DNA of 64,000 nt from an uncultured Ignavibacteria bacterium (lineage in GTDB: Bacteria > Bacteroidota > Ignavibacteria > UBA10030 > UBA6906): the NCBI GenBank assembly GCA_963701735.1, contig CAVPBI010000013.1, positions 141,323 through 205,322 on the forward strand, read 5' to 3'. The position numbers were made by a program, and so were the translations under genes. The notes below the pieces were generated by a model. The model had not been told where the DNA came from. It saw only the letters and a list, made by a program, of their open reading frames with translations, and made no database searches. Every line of letters starts with the position of its first letter. Position 1 is the stretch's first letter. Of this stretch, positions 10,963 through 22,844 are shown in pieces.

Positions 10963-11999
10963 AACCTTATGCTCAGGGATAGGGTGTGGACCGCATTCAA
11001 TCGCCCCATATCACGGTACGCGTAATCGACCTGAAAGACCGTCGTGGTCGAGAAGAGCGCGGACGATGCCACGCCGAGTCCCGCCGAAAGCCCGCCTTCG
11101 CTTTCCGCCAGGAAGAGCGAATGGTACCCTGCGCGGACGAACAGGAACTCCTGAAACGCGAACTCCGTGCCCAGGTTCACGCTTTCGTAGTTGTCAGACT
11201 GATGGATCGCATCGGCCGCGATGGTCCACCGGTACTCGTCATCCCGAACAGGAGCAAACGACAGGCCCAGCTGGAAGAGCAGCGGGAGGTCCCACGATTG
11301 CACCTCGAGCGTGTACGGAATCTGGTCGTTCGAGCCGAGCTTTGTCGGGTCGACGCGGATGAACTGCCGCATGTCGCGCCCCTCGAGCTGCATGTCCGTC
11401 CCGAAGTTGGAGAGCGCAGCCCCGATCACCAGGCCTCCCAGGAGGTCGGTCCTGAACATGGTCCCCAGGTCGAAGGCAAATGCGGTCGCGGTCTCGTGCC
11501 ATATCGTCTGTTGAACGTACTTCGCAGTGACACCGACGGTAAACCTGTCGCTCAGGCGACGGGAATACGAAAGCCCTGCGGCGATGTCGGAAGCGCTGAA
11601 ATACTCGCCGGTGCCTTCAGGGAGCTCGATGGTCCTCACCTTCATGTCCCCCATCCCGAGCGCGGTGAAGGTAACGCCGATCGTTCCAAAATCTCCCATC
11701 GGCACAACCAGCGCGGCAAAGTCAAAGCGGGTATCGGCAATCCACTCCATGTGGGATACCAGAAGCTGCGTGTTCTCCTGGAACGCGGCTCCCGCAGCGT
11801 TCCAGTAGAGCGCGCTGGCATCGTTCGCGAGACTGACGAAGGCGCCGCCCATTCCTATCGCGGCCGCGCCGACGGGAATCTCCAGAAAGGGAGCCGCGAC
11901 AGTCCCTGCCTTGGAGACGCTCTGGGCCCGTGCAGCACACGGCGCCAGGAGCGCCAGGACCATGACGGGCACAAATCGGTGTGCATGCATGGCTGTCAC
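10959..11999 (-). CDS. PorV/PorQ-family outer-membrane beta-barrel (T9SS-associated)
   Basis: 346 aa; signal peptide; hallmark N-terminal motif …PVGAAAIGMGGAFVSLANDASALYWNAAGAA… as in PorV (GARAxAMGGAFxAxADDxSAxYWNPAGLA); ends …SLSIRF. Confidence 0.7.
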   Translation of the reverse strand: MTAMHAHRFVPVMVLALLAPCAARAQSVSKAGTVAAPFLEIPVGAAAIGMGGAFVSLANDASALYWNAAGAAFQENTQLLVSHMEWIADTRFDFAALVVPMGDFGTIGVTFTALGMGDMKVRTIELPEGTGEYFSASDIAAGLSYSRRLSDRFTVGVTAKYVQQTIWHETATAFAFDLGTMFRTDLLGGLVIGAALSNFGTDMQLEGRDMRQFIRVDPTKLGSNDQIPYTLEVQSWDLPLLFQLGLSFAPVRDDEYRWTIAADAIHQSDNYESVNLGTEFAFQEFLFVRAGYHSLFLAESEGGLSAGLGVASSALFSTTTVFQVDYAYRDMGRLNAVHTLSLSIRF

Positions 12000-12000
12000 C

Positions 12001-15000
12001 TCACTTCAGGACTGCGAATTTGCCGATGGTCGTCCCCACTCCCTCGGCGTCGACATGGAAGACGTACACCCCGTACGCGATATCCAGTCCGTCTCTGGAG
12101 ACAAGATTCCATGCCTCTTCTCCATCATCGGTGGTGGACTCGTGCTTCAGGGTCTGTACGAGCCGGCCGGCAATCGTATAGATGCGGATCTCGCATTTCC
12201 GGGGGAGGTGGATGAAGTACACCCGCCGCACTCCGCGTCCCGTTGATGTCGTCGCCGGCTCCCATGAGGCGGCCCCCGGGTACGGGTTCGGGACCACCGC
12301 GACCTTGTTGAGATCCTGCTGCGCCATCCCGGCATCATAGCCGGGCGCCTCGCTCTGGACCGCAACCGACTCGTTGGTGCGGAACGGCTTCCGCGTGACG
12401 ATCCGGTACACGTCGCCGACGGCGGGAGGCCGCTGATCTTCCTCGGCCAGCAGCGTGTCCTTGAAGAACGCCAGCGACCACGTGAAGCGGGCTTTGGAGA
12501 ATGACGTCGCAGGCTTGCCGGCCGAGTCGCCGACGGCGATGAAGATCGCTTCGTCGTAGTCCAGAGTCGCATTCGCGTTCTCGTCAAAGAACACGAGCGC
12601 CATGCTGTCCTTCCCCTCGGTCAGATTCTTGATGATCACATTCGAAGGGTTGGGCTGCGAAAATGATGACTTCGGAAGGGCCAGTGTCCCCATTCCCGGC
12701 TCGGTGAACGTGATCTCAAAGTCCGCAGGGTAGTCAACGCGGCGGATCGCGAGCGCTCCCTGCCCGTAGGTCGAATTGAATCCCGCCTCGGTCTTGTACG
12801 TCGTGCTTCCCTTCACCCACTCCGTCTTCTCGCGGTCAATGACGACATCGGGGTCGTTCTGAATTGTGATGCTGAAGCCGTCAAGGACGGGCGTGACAAC
12901 CCGCGGCGACGGCATCCGCACGGGGTAAATCAGCGTGTCTCCCGTCGTCATATCGATGAGCATGTACAGGGGATCCGGCGCGTCGTGGTATGCGGTGGAA
13001 TCGATGAAGGAGACCGCATACGTATGGTTGTCCATCAGCGAGTCCGGATCCAGAATCAACGCCGTCACCGTCCCCGTGCCGGGCCCGGTCGCAGCCACCT
13101 GCTTGAGCTGAGCGTCGACATACCCGAGCGCAGGAACGCGCGGTGTCACCGCAGCGGTGTTGACGTCGGTCTTGACCTTACCATTGATGTCCACCTTGAT
13201 GATGCTGGTGCATTCGGACGGCGGAATGCCGATGAATTCCCCCTCGACGGTCGTCGTGGTGAAACCCTGGTCGTATGACACGACCGCATAGTAGTACGTC
13301 TGCCCGTTCTGCACGGTCGAGTCGATGAAGGAATGCTCCAGTCCGCTGTCGTCGCCGAGATTGAACATCGCGCCGTTCACGTTGATGGGATGCAGCCCCA
13401 TCACCCCGTCCACGACATCGAACTGCGCGATCGGCTTGCGGTAGGTCGATTTCCCATACGCGTCCGTGATGACCTTGTTTTCGAGGAAGTTCGGCTCGGT
13501 GCTGCGGTAGACCCGGTACCCCTCGAAGTTGTACTTCTGGTAGAACTGGTCGAAGGTGCGCTCCGCCCTGTCGTCCCAGTACAGCGTAATCTTCCGGTCT
13601 CCCTCGATCGCCTTGACCGTCGGCTTTTCGGGAGGCTTCGCGAACCGGTAGTTGGCGTTGTAGATCTGCTGTACCGTTCTCTTCCGCCGGAACAGGTCGT
13701 CCGTATCCATCCCGAACAGGAGCGACATGGAGAAGCGCTCCGTCTCTCCGGTCTCTTCGATGCGGCCCGTTGACGCCGAATACGAGGTCTTCCCGAGGAG
13801 CGTGAAGAGATAGCTGGAGAAATGGTTTGCAAGGTTGACCCCGACCAACTCTCCGCCGCGCGGCGGCGGGAGGGCCGACAGCGCCTGCCAGTTGCGCTCG
13901 TCATTGTTCAGGTCGTACGTGTGGACCGCGGAGATGAGGAATCCCGTCAAACCCAGCTGGTCCGATTCGTCCTTGTCCAGTGCGCCGAAATTCGGCTCAC
14001 CCTGGTCGGGGCGGCCGTTCCCCTCCGAGCCGTCCGGGTCCGGGCCCGCGTAGCCTTCGTCAAACGGTCCATCCCGTCGATCCCGACATCATCGTCCAGA
14101 GGTTCGCCGGTTTCCCATACGCCGTTGGCGTTCAGGTCCACGAACGGACGCCAGTTGCAGTTCTCGTCCGCATCCCAGTGCGGGCGCCAGGGCCGTCCAT
14201 AATAGAGGTGGAATTGTGCGGTGTCCCTTACCACGTCCCGCAGGAACGGGTCGCTGCCCGGATCGGTGACAAACCGTGTTGGGAGATTATCGCGCCGCTC
14301 ATCGGTTAGGCCGTCGATGTCGTTGTCGCGGAGGTCGTCCGGCACGCCGGGGCTCTCGAGAAACGCATAGCCGGAAAGTCCGACGGGACTCCAGTTGCCC
14401 GGACTCCCCGTCGGGACCGTCGACCACGCGTACGAGATGTTCAGGAGCTTGTCGTAATCTCCCGCATTGTTCGAGGAATTGTCATGCCCGCCGATTCCCC
14501 AGTCGACATACTCCGCAAAGAGCGCCTTCTGGTAGTCGGTCGTGGTCATGTTCGTGATCTCGTAGTGCCAGAAGATCACGTCCTCGGCGAGCACCTGCGA
14601 CCATTGGAATCCGCGGGCCCGTACCTGCATACCAAGACCGCCGCGCGAGGTGTCGTCCCGATCGGGGCGGTAGTTGTACCGGAGAAGATATTCGCGGTCT
14701 TCATCGTCGTCATACACGAAGAACGTCTCCAGGTCCGCGTTCTGCACCCCTTTCCCGAAGTAGCCGTTCCACCTGCCATCCCAGTCCGCCGGCCGGTCGG
14801 GCCAGTGGTCCGGCCAGGTCAGATCATCGTTGCTCACGGCCGGACTCGGCTGGAATCTCGCGGCATAGCCGGGTATGGGCCACCAGCCGTACGTCACACC
14901 CGTCGACCGGTCGTACCGCGTGTACTCGTAGTAGTTCGTCTCAAGGGGATGGAACACGAGGTTGTTCGATGGGTTCGCCGGATCGGGCGCATACGCCTCG

Positions 15001-15282
15001 GCCTGCACGATCATCGCCACACCGTCGACGTACGTGTGGTTGGTTCCTTTGGGCCAGACCCCGCTCCTTGATGGCTCATTGAGCCAGTCGCCCACTTCGC
15101 CGAAATTGTAGTAGACGGTCCCCACAAGGTTCCCGTCCATGAACCCCTTTCTTGGTCTCCTGGTGGTTCCCTTTGTTCTTGTCCACAATGAGCTGGCCCC
15201 GGACACTCCCCAGGGTGACAGAACAAAGCGCAAGCACCAGAGCGATTCGCGTAGCGTGATGTGGCGCGCAGCGCATCGTCAC
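12001..15282 (-). CDS. large (>1000 aa) secreted protein with T9SS C-terminal sorting domain; two frameshifts (~14000-14070, ~15130-15170)
   Basis: Signal peptide ORF 15076-15282 (MTMRCAPHHATRIALVLALCSVTLG) -> 13947-15233 -> 12001-13950, each junction marked by Arg-rich junk tails; C-terminus …VAVVPNPYPGA…RRVYFIHLPRKCEIRIYTIAGRLV…GVYVFHV…KFAVLK typical of Por_Secre_tail. Confidence 0.7.
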
Positions 15283-15300
15283 CGTCTCCTGAATGGACTC

Positions 15301-17998
15301 TTAGAAACCTACCGACATGCCAACGACCACCTGACGCGGTGCGGAATAGAAATCCGGACGCGCGTAGTACTCTGCCAGCGTGTTCACGCCCCGGGGCTCC
15401 TCCTGGGCGCGCGTAAGCTCAAGCGTGTATCCCGCTCTCCCCGTATCACCGTACACCTCGAGCTCGCTTGCCGTGTCGAACACGTTGTAGACCTTCAAGA
15501 ACACCGACATGTTCACCGCGCCAAGCTGAAGTACTTCGTCAGATACAGATCCATATTGAAGTATGACGGCCGGTTGTCGCTGTTCTCCAGTCCGGTCCGC
15601 TGGTTCTGGAGCGAGGGCGTGTAGGGAAGGCCGGACCCGTACCGGGCAATCGCGCTTGCGATGAAATCGTCGGGCGTGCCGACCATGATCGTCGCGTTGA
15701 GCGCGTGCCGGCGATCCCAGTCCAGCGGCACGAGGACCTTGTTCCCCTCGATCGGCGGCGAGGCCTGGGCGTTGTTGAAGTCGTTCTCCGGGTCGGAGGC
15801 ATCGCCCTTGGCGTCCTGGTACGTGTAGTCCACGGTTCCACCGAATCCGTCCGACATCCGCTTCTCGACCGAGAGGGTAATCCCCCGAACCGCGCCGTAG
15901 TCCCGGTTAACGTACATCCCGTACTTCTTGAAATCGTTCTTGATGTGCACCTCGATGCCGAGCAGATTCCTGATGTCTTTGTAGTAGCCTGTCAGCGTGA
16001 ACCCGATCGTGGGCGTCAGCTCCTGCTGGAGGCCGATCTCCATCATCGTCGTCCGCTGCGGTTCAAGGTTCGCGTTGCCGATCGTGTTCCCGATGAACTC
16101 GGGGTAGTTTCCCGTGAGGGGAATGCGGAAGTTCGGGTTCTTGTAGAGGTACTCGAACGGCGGGATCTGGAAGAAATGGCCGTAGGAGAGGTGCACCGCT
16201 CCGCGATCGGTGATCGGATAGGAGATGCCGATGCGGGGACTCACCTGGGCCTTCACATCCGCCGCAGCGAAGAGGGACCCGCTGTACGGGGGCGACATGT
16301 TGTCCAGAGCGGAAATACTGTCGGGATCCAGCAGATACATGCCGTCCGGCTGGAAGTAGTCCAACCGCGCGCCGATGTTCACGACGAGATAGTCGAGCTC
16401 GATCTTGTCCTGGACGTATGCGGACAGCTGATACGGGTTGTTGGAGTACACATTGTGATCGAAGTTTCCCGGCGGGAGGGACATAGGGCACGAAGCCGCT
16501 CGCCGCGTCGACGTGAACCTGGTAATCCTCATAGTCGAGCGTGTGGTACTTCCCCTCGACGCCACCCTTGATCTGGTGAATCGTCGTCACCTGCGATGTC
16601 AGGTCTGCGCGTCCGGTCCACGTGGTTGTCTTGTGGTAGAAATGCCAGTTCTCCGTTCCGCCCGTGAGAAACGCGTTGGCGCCGGCATCCTGCATCCGCT
16701 CGGGTTTCACATACCGGGGGTCCAGCGGGTTCTTATACACGTATTGCTGATAATCGCTCACAAATGCCGAGGCCGTGGCGTCAATAAACGACGACGCCTC
16801 GAACACGTGCGTGTAGCTGCCGCTCAGAAGATAGCTGTCGAGATGTCGCTCGTAGTCGCCGTCGGGGTTGAGCCGGAACGCATGATTGTACGTGCGGTAG
16901 TCGTTCGTCTGGTACAGGCCGTTCAGCGTGATCCCCTTGCCGGGCCCCACGCCGATCTGCAGCTTGCCCTGCAGCGTCCATCGACGGGCGTCATTCATGG
17001 GCACGCTCGCGCCGTCCCCGGTCGAGCCGACATACCAGTCCGCAGAGTCGTTGGCCGAAAAATTCGAAGAGTCGGGAGGGTTGAACGTCCTCTCGCCGTA
17101 GATGTAGCCCTCATCGCTCAGATACCGGCCGGAGGCGAAGAACTTGAGGATGCCGTCGGTGCCCGGGATGGGTCCGCTCAGGCTCGCCTGGACATTTGTG
17201 ACGTTCGAGTAGAGGTCGGGAAGGAAACCCGAGGAACTTCTCGGGTGGTCGATATGCGAACAGCTCCGTCCGGTCCGTCATGTATCCGCCGACGTACCCG
17301 GAGACTTCGCCCGTGAACGATTCGCCCGCGATCTTGGTGATCTGATTGACAACGCCGGACATCGCCTCCCCGTACTCGGCGTTGAACGTCCCGCTGAGCA
17401 CCTGGATCTCGGCGATGCTGTTCACCTCGGCCTGCATGGTGTATCCGCCCGAGAACACGTCGTTCACCGACACGCCGTCGATCAGATACTTCACCTCATC
17501 CGATCGCCCGCCGCGAAAATGTCCATTGATCACACCCGCCTGGAGGTTGACGACGGCAGAGACATCCTCGAGAGGAAGCGCCTGCAGTTCGTCGCCGCTC
17601 ACCGACGCGGTCGTGGATGTCAGGTCCTTCTGAACCATCGGGCGCGTCGCCGTCACGACGACGTCCTCGATCTCCACGGTCTCCGGCTTGAGGGAGAACG
17701 GGACACGCGTCGTCTGATCGGCGGTCACCCGCACGGCAGTCACCGTGACCGGACTGTACCCGACGGCTGACGCCTTGACGCCGTACGTCCCCGGAGGGAT
17801 ATTGAGGATGAAATAATCCCCTTCAATATCGGAACTCGCTCCCAGCGTCGTTCCGACCAGCATAACGTTCACGCCCACAAGCGGCTCGCCGGTCTGCGCG
17901 TCGAGGACCTTCCCGGCCACCTTCCCGGTCGTCCCCGCATGCGCACAGGTCATGGCAACGACAACGAGCCCCAGAATGATGGCACCCGCAGTCCGCAT
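15301..17998 (-). CDS. TonB-dependent receptor with N-terminal carboxypeptidase-regulatory-like domain; fragmented by ~3 frameshifts
   Basis: Pieces 17111-18061 (signal, CarbPepD_reg, plug: …VTATRPMVQKDL…GDELQALPLEDVSAVVNLQAGV…), 16063-17004, 15513-16565, 15301-15516 (C-terminal …GMSVGF TonB-receptor terminus) are colinear on one strand with junk tails at junctions. Confidence 0.75.
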
Positions 17999-18068
17999 GG
18001 TGACTCTCCTGTGCTTCAAACAACAGGCGAGGGGCTGCCGTCTGAAGGCAGCCCCTCGCACCAGGAAA

Positions 18069-21000
18069 TTACTTCACGAACACCATCTTGTTCACCATCG
18101 CATGATCACCCGCCGTCAGGCGGTAGAGATACATGCCTGAACCAACGGCATGGCCCTGATCATCGTGACCGTCCCAGGTGACCGTGTACCGGCCCGCGGA
18201 CGCATAGCCACGAGCCAGCTCACGCACCTGCCGTCCGAGCATGTCGTAGACTACGAGCGTGACCTCCCCGTTCCGGGGGACGCCATAGCTGATGGTCGTC
18301 GACGGATTGAAGGGGTTCGGATAGTTCTGCCCCAGCTCGTAGACAGTGGGCACTTCAGCATTCGGATCACGGACCGCAGTGGTCGAGCCGATGACTTCAA
18401 TCGTCACATCGTCCCAGTAGATCGTCCCGGTGAACCGGGAATACACGTGCAGACGGACTTCCAGCACGCTTCGCGCCGGCAGGCACGGTGACGTCCAGCG
18501 TGTACGGCGTCCAGTCAAAGGACGTCGCCGCCGGGAACTGCCACGTGAAGTCGTTCGCCTGAATCACGTCGTACCCGTCGTTGTTCCCGCCCTTGGCGAA
18601 CCACAGCGGCGTCAACCCCACCGACCACGTCCCAGGATACAGCGCCGCAGAATCGGGCACCAGGTTCGACCCCTTCAGCCAGACCGTCAGCCTGAGGATC
18701 GTACCCTCTACGATCGTTGGATCGAGCTCAACGCGCCGCATGCCCACGAACCCATCCTGGGTTTCACGGTCGAACGGCAGGTCGAACTTCAGCGACTTCA
18801 GCCCGCTGTGCGCCGCTTCCGTCGTCACCACCGTGTTCTCGTACCCCTTCGTCAGCTCGCCGTCATTCCCTCCGATCGGCGGCATCCAGTAGTACCAGCC
18901 CGTCGGGTACTCCAGGTTCGAGCCCCAGTGCTGGCCGGCCCACACGCCCGCACGACCGTAGGAACATCACGTCGTCCACCCACACCGTCCCCGTCGCATT
19001 CTTCCCCGCCACGAACTTGATGATCGTCGTGTACGAGTCCTTCGGCAGGATCACGTCGCCCGGACTGTTCGTGTCAGCCACGAACGCCCCCGTCGACGCC
19101 ACCGACTGTGGAATCGGCAGCTGGAACGTCCCGATCGGCGCCCCGAGATCATCGTAGAACTCCCACGCCATATACCACTTCGCATCTTCCGTCGCCGGGT
19201 TCACGTTCACGCCCTCGGTCCGCACCCAGGCCCCAAGGAAGATGTCCACGTTCTTCGAGTGCGTCGGCGACCAGATGTCGCACATGTTGTCCGATACCCA
19301 CGCCGAGCTGTCGCCCGTCGTCGCCTTCTCGATCTTCATCGAGCGCAACCCCGAACGGTGCTGATCTGTCGCCCAGCTCAGCGTCGCTCCGCCTGTGTTC
19401 CCCATGTTCCAGAACGCCGGCAACGTCCCCTCGAAGCCGCCGATCTCCGTGATCTGCCGGAACATCCAGCTTCTCCACCGTCAGATCGTCCCAGTAGATC
19501 GTCCCGGTGAACCGCGAATACATGTGCAGACGGACCTCCAGCACCTTCGCCAGCGCCGGCACCGTCACGTCCAGCGTGTACGGCGTCCAGTCAAAGGACG
19601 TCGCCGCCGGGAACTGCCACGTGAAGTCGTTCGCCTGGATCACGTCGTACCCGTCGTTGTTCCCGCCCTTGGCGAACCACAGCGGCGTCAACCCCACCGA
19701 CCACGTCCCCGGATACAATCGCCGCTGAATCCGGCACCAGGTTCGACCCCTTCAACCAGACCGTCAACCGGAGATGATCGCCTTCCGTTACGCCGGCCAG
19801 CTTCGTGATGTCCACCGGCTTGTTGAGCTCCATCGTTCCGCCCGGATCGAGGACCACCCTCCGGGCACCCACGAAGCCGTCCTGGGTTTCACGGTCGAAC
19901 GGCAGGTCGAACTTCAGCGACTTCAGCCCGCTGTGCGCCGCTTCCGTCGTCACCACCGTGTTCTGGTACCCCTTCGTCAGCTCGCCGTCATTCCCTCCGA
20001 TCGGCGGCATCCAGTAGTACCAGCCCGTCGGGTACTCCAGGTTCGAGCCCCAGTGCTGGCCGGCCCACACTCCGCACGACCGTAGAACATCACGTCGTCC
20101 ACCCACACCGTCCCCGTCGCGTTCTTCCCCGCCACGAACTTGATGATCGTCGTGTACGAGTCCTTCGGCAGGATCACGTCGCCCGGACTGTTCGTGTCAG
20201 CCACGAACGCCCCCGTCGACGCCACCGACTGAGGAATCGGCAGCTGGAACGTCCCGATCGGCGCCCCCAGATCATCGTAGAACTCCCACGCCATATACCA
20301 CTTCGCGTCTTCCGTCGCAGGGTTCACGTTCACGCCCTCGGTCCGCACCCAGGCCCCAAGGAAGATGTCCACGTTCTTCGAGTGCGTCGGCGACCAGATG
20401 TCGCACATGTTGTCCGATACCCACGCCGAGCTGTCGCCCGTCGTCGCCTTCTCGATCTTCATCGAGCGCAACCCCGAACGGTGCTGATCTGTCGCCCAGC
20501 TCAGCGTCGCTCCGCCTGTGTTCCCCATGTTCCAGAACGCCGGCAACGTCCCCTCGAATCCGCCGATCTCCGTGATCTGCCGGAACATCCAGCTTCTCCA
20601 CCGTCAGATCGTCCCAGTAGATCGTCCCGGTGAACCGCGAATACATGTGCAGACGGACCTCCAGCACCTTCGCCAGCGCCGGCACCGTCACATCCAGCGT
20701 GTACGGCGTCCAGTCAAAGGACGTCGCCGCCGGGAACTGCCACGTGAAGTCGTTCGCCTGGATCACGTCGTACCCGTCGTTGTTCCCGCCCTTGGCGAAC
20801 CACAGCGGCGTCAACCCCACCGACCACGTCCCCGGATACAATCGCCGCTGAATCCGGCACCAGGTTCGACCCCTTCAACCAGACCGTCAACCGGAGATGG
20901 TCGCCTTCTTTGATGTCGCCGCCCAGACTGCTGAGGGACACCCTGCGTCCGCCCACGAAGCCATCCTGGGTTTCACGGTCGAACGGCAGGTCGAACTTCA

Positions 21001-21742
21001 GCGACTTCAGCCCGCTGTGCGCCGCTTCCGTCGTCACCACCGTGTTCTGGTACCCCTTCGTCAGCTCGCCGTCATTCCCTCCGATCGGCGGCATCCAGTA
21101 GTACCAGCCCGTCGGGTACTCCAGGTTCGAGCCCCAGTGCTGGCCGGCCCACACGCCCGCACGACCGTAGAACATCACGTCGTCCACCCACACCGTCCCC
21201 GTCGCGTTCTTCCCCGCCACGAACTTGATGATCGTCGTGTACGAGTCCTTCGGCAGGATCACGTCGCCCGGATTGTTCGTGTCCGCCACGAACGCCCCCG
21301 TCGACGCCACCGACTGAGGAATCGGCAGCTGGAACGTCCCGATCGGCGCCCCGAGATCATCATAGAACTCCCACGCCATATACCACTTCGCATCTTCCGT
21401 CGCCGGGTTCACGTTCACGCCCTCTGTCCGTACCCATGCCCCCAGGAAGATGTCCACGTTCTTCGAGTGCGTCGGCGACCAGATGTCGCACATGTTGTCC
21501 GATACCCACGCCGAGCTGTCGCCCGTCGTCGTCTTCTCGATCTTCATCGAGCGCAACCCCGAACGGTGCTGGTCTGTCGCCCAGCTCAGCGTCGCTCCGC
21601 CGGTGTTCCCCATGTTCCAGAACGCCGGCAACGTCCCCTCGAATCCGCCGATCTGGTTGATGTTCGGTGTCTGCGCAAATGCCGTGGCGACACCGCCGAC
21701 GGCAAGGATGCAGAGAAGCAGTACTGTGTTACGCCATCGCAT
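18069..21742 (-). CDS. T9SS-sorted multi-CBM protein: signal peptide + three tandem units each with two CBM4/9-like modules + T9SS CTD; fragmented into >=8 ORFs
   Basis: Start MRWRNTVLLLCILAVGGVATAFAQ; module A (…IGGFEGTLPAFWN…HRSGLRSMKIEK…GTVWVDDVMF) and module B (…WAGQHWGSN…AHSGLKSLKFDL…GTIYWDDLTV) match CBM_4_9 pattern (GGFE, G..SLK, aromatic-x-DD-hydrophobic end); final ORF 18069-18518 ends …YPNPFNPSTTISY…GMYLYRLTAGDHAMVNKMVFVK (T9SS CTD). Confidence 0.65.
18398..21660 (-). repeat. three near-identical ~1123-bp direct tandem repeats (period 20588->19465) coding for the CBM pairs
   Basis: Long stretches identical between 18.5-19.5, 19.6-20.6 and 20.7-21.7 kb (e.g. gtcccggtgaaccgcgaatacatgtgcagacggacctccagcac… present 2x verbatim); MFRQITEIGGFEG unit starts at 20588 and 19465. 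Confidence 0.85.
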
Positions 21743-21785
21743 ACGGACCTCCGTGTTGAGTGATGAAAAAAGAAAACAGGAACGT

Positions 21786-22844
21786 CTAGCTGCTTGAGAG
21801 AACTGCCTCCCCGGCACGAACCGGAGAGATATGACTGCCAGTGGACTCACGCACGATCAGTTCGACTGGAACATGCGTTGTCGTGACATGCGTGGTTCCG
21901 TTGACGATGATACTGGCAAGCTGTTCGACCGCATGGCGCCCGAGCTCCTCCTTGCGCACACGCACCGTCGTGAGGTGGGGCTGCACAAGGACGCTGGCGT
22001 CAACATCGTCGAATCCGACAACAGCAATGTCGCCAGGAATTCGGAGCCCGGCCTTCCGGATCTCCTGCATGCAGCCAAAGGCCATCGGGTCGTTGGCGGC
22101 AAAGACAGCCGTGGGCAGCGGCCGCCGTGCAAGGAGCCGGGCCATTGCGCGGGCGCCGCAGGGCGAACTGGATTCAGGTTCGGACATCTCGATGAACGAC
22201 TCGGGTGGCGTGATGCCGCACTCCGCAAGCGCTTCACGGTAGCCCTGGAATCGCTCGGCGATACTCGGATGGTCGACATCGCCGCCGACGAAGGCGATCT
22301 CGCGATGTCCAAGGGAGACCAGGTGCGTCACCGCCGCCCGGGCCCCGCCCAGATTGTCGATCAGCACGGCGGGATACCGCCGGCGCTTGACCTCAAAATC
22401 GACGAGCAGGACCGGAAGGCCGAAGCGCTCGATACGATCCAGAAGGTTGAGATCGACCTTCCCGGCGATGATCACTCCATCGACATTCCGTTCGTGGAGG
22501 AATCGCGGCAAATCGTCTTTCGTGAACCGTACAGGGACGGTGGTGAGAAGCAGGTAGTACTTGAGGTCGCGGGCGGCAACCTCGGCACCGATGAACACCC
22601 TGCTGTAGAACTGCTCCGCCAGATAGAAGCGATCATCGCGCAGGATGAACCCAATGTTGCCGCTGGTCTTCGAAGCAAGGCCGCGCGCCGAGCGCGTAGG
22701 GTGGTAGCCAAGGTCCTCGACGACCTTCAGGACATGCTGCCGCATCTCCTCGCTCACATACCCCCGGTTGTTGACAACAAGGGAAACCGTAGAGAGCGAA
22801 CAACGGGCAGTTCGCGCGACGTCTTTGATTGAAGGCCGCTTCAC
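21786..22844 (-). CDS. LacI-family transcriptional regulator
   Basis: HTH …VKRPSIKDVARTARCSLSTVSLVVNN… then periplasmic-binding-fold sugar sensor; likely GTG start 22842-22844 with AGGTGA RBS; 43 nt upstream of and co-directional with the CBM-array gene. Confidence 0.85.
   Translation of the reverse strand: MKRPSIKDVARTARCSLSTVSLVVNNRGYVSEEMRQHVLKVVEDLGYHPTRSARGLASKTSGNIGFILRDDRFYLAEQFYSRVFIGAEVAARDLKYYLLLTTVPVRFTKDDLPRFLHERNVDGVIIAGKVDLNLLDRIERFGLPVLLVDFEVKRRRYPAVLIDNLGGARAAVTHLVSLGHREIAFVGGDVDHPSIAERFQGYREALAECGITPPESFIEMSEPESSSPCGARAMARLLARRPLPTAVFAANDPMAFGCMQEIRKAGLRIPGDIAVVGFDDVDASVLVQPHLTTVRVRKEELGRHAVEQLASIIVNGTTHVTTTHVPVELIVRESTGSHISPVRAGEAVLSSS

Noticed and set aside
10986-12215. 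409-aa + ORF overlapping the PorV-like gene
   Set aside because: Antisense artefact. The minus-strand product has the diagnostic PorV motif.
18690-20945. Diversity-generating retroelement targeting of the variable loop
   Set aside because: No reverse transcriptase or template repeat in the window. Variation is by indel or segment replacement, not adenine-focused substitution.
18069-21850. Possibility that the 18-22 kb repeats are a CRISPR array, satellite or IS element
   Set aside because: Units are ~1.1 kb, protein-coding (CBM-like modules), have no short spacer/repeat organisation, and no transposase or inverted repeats.
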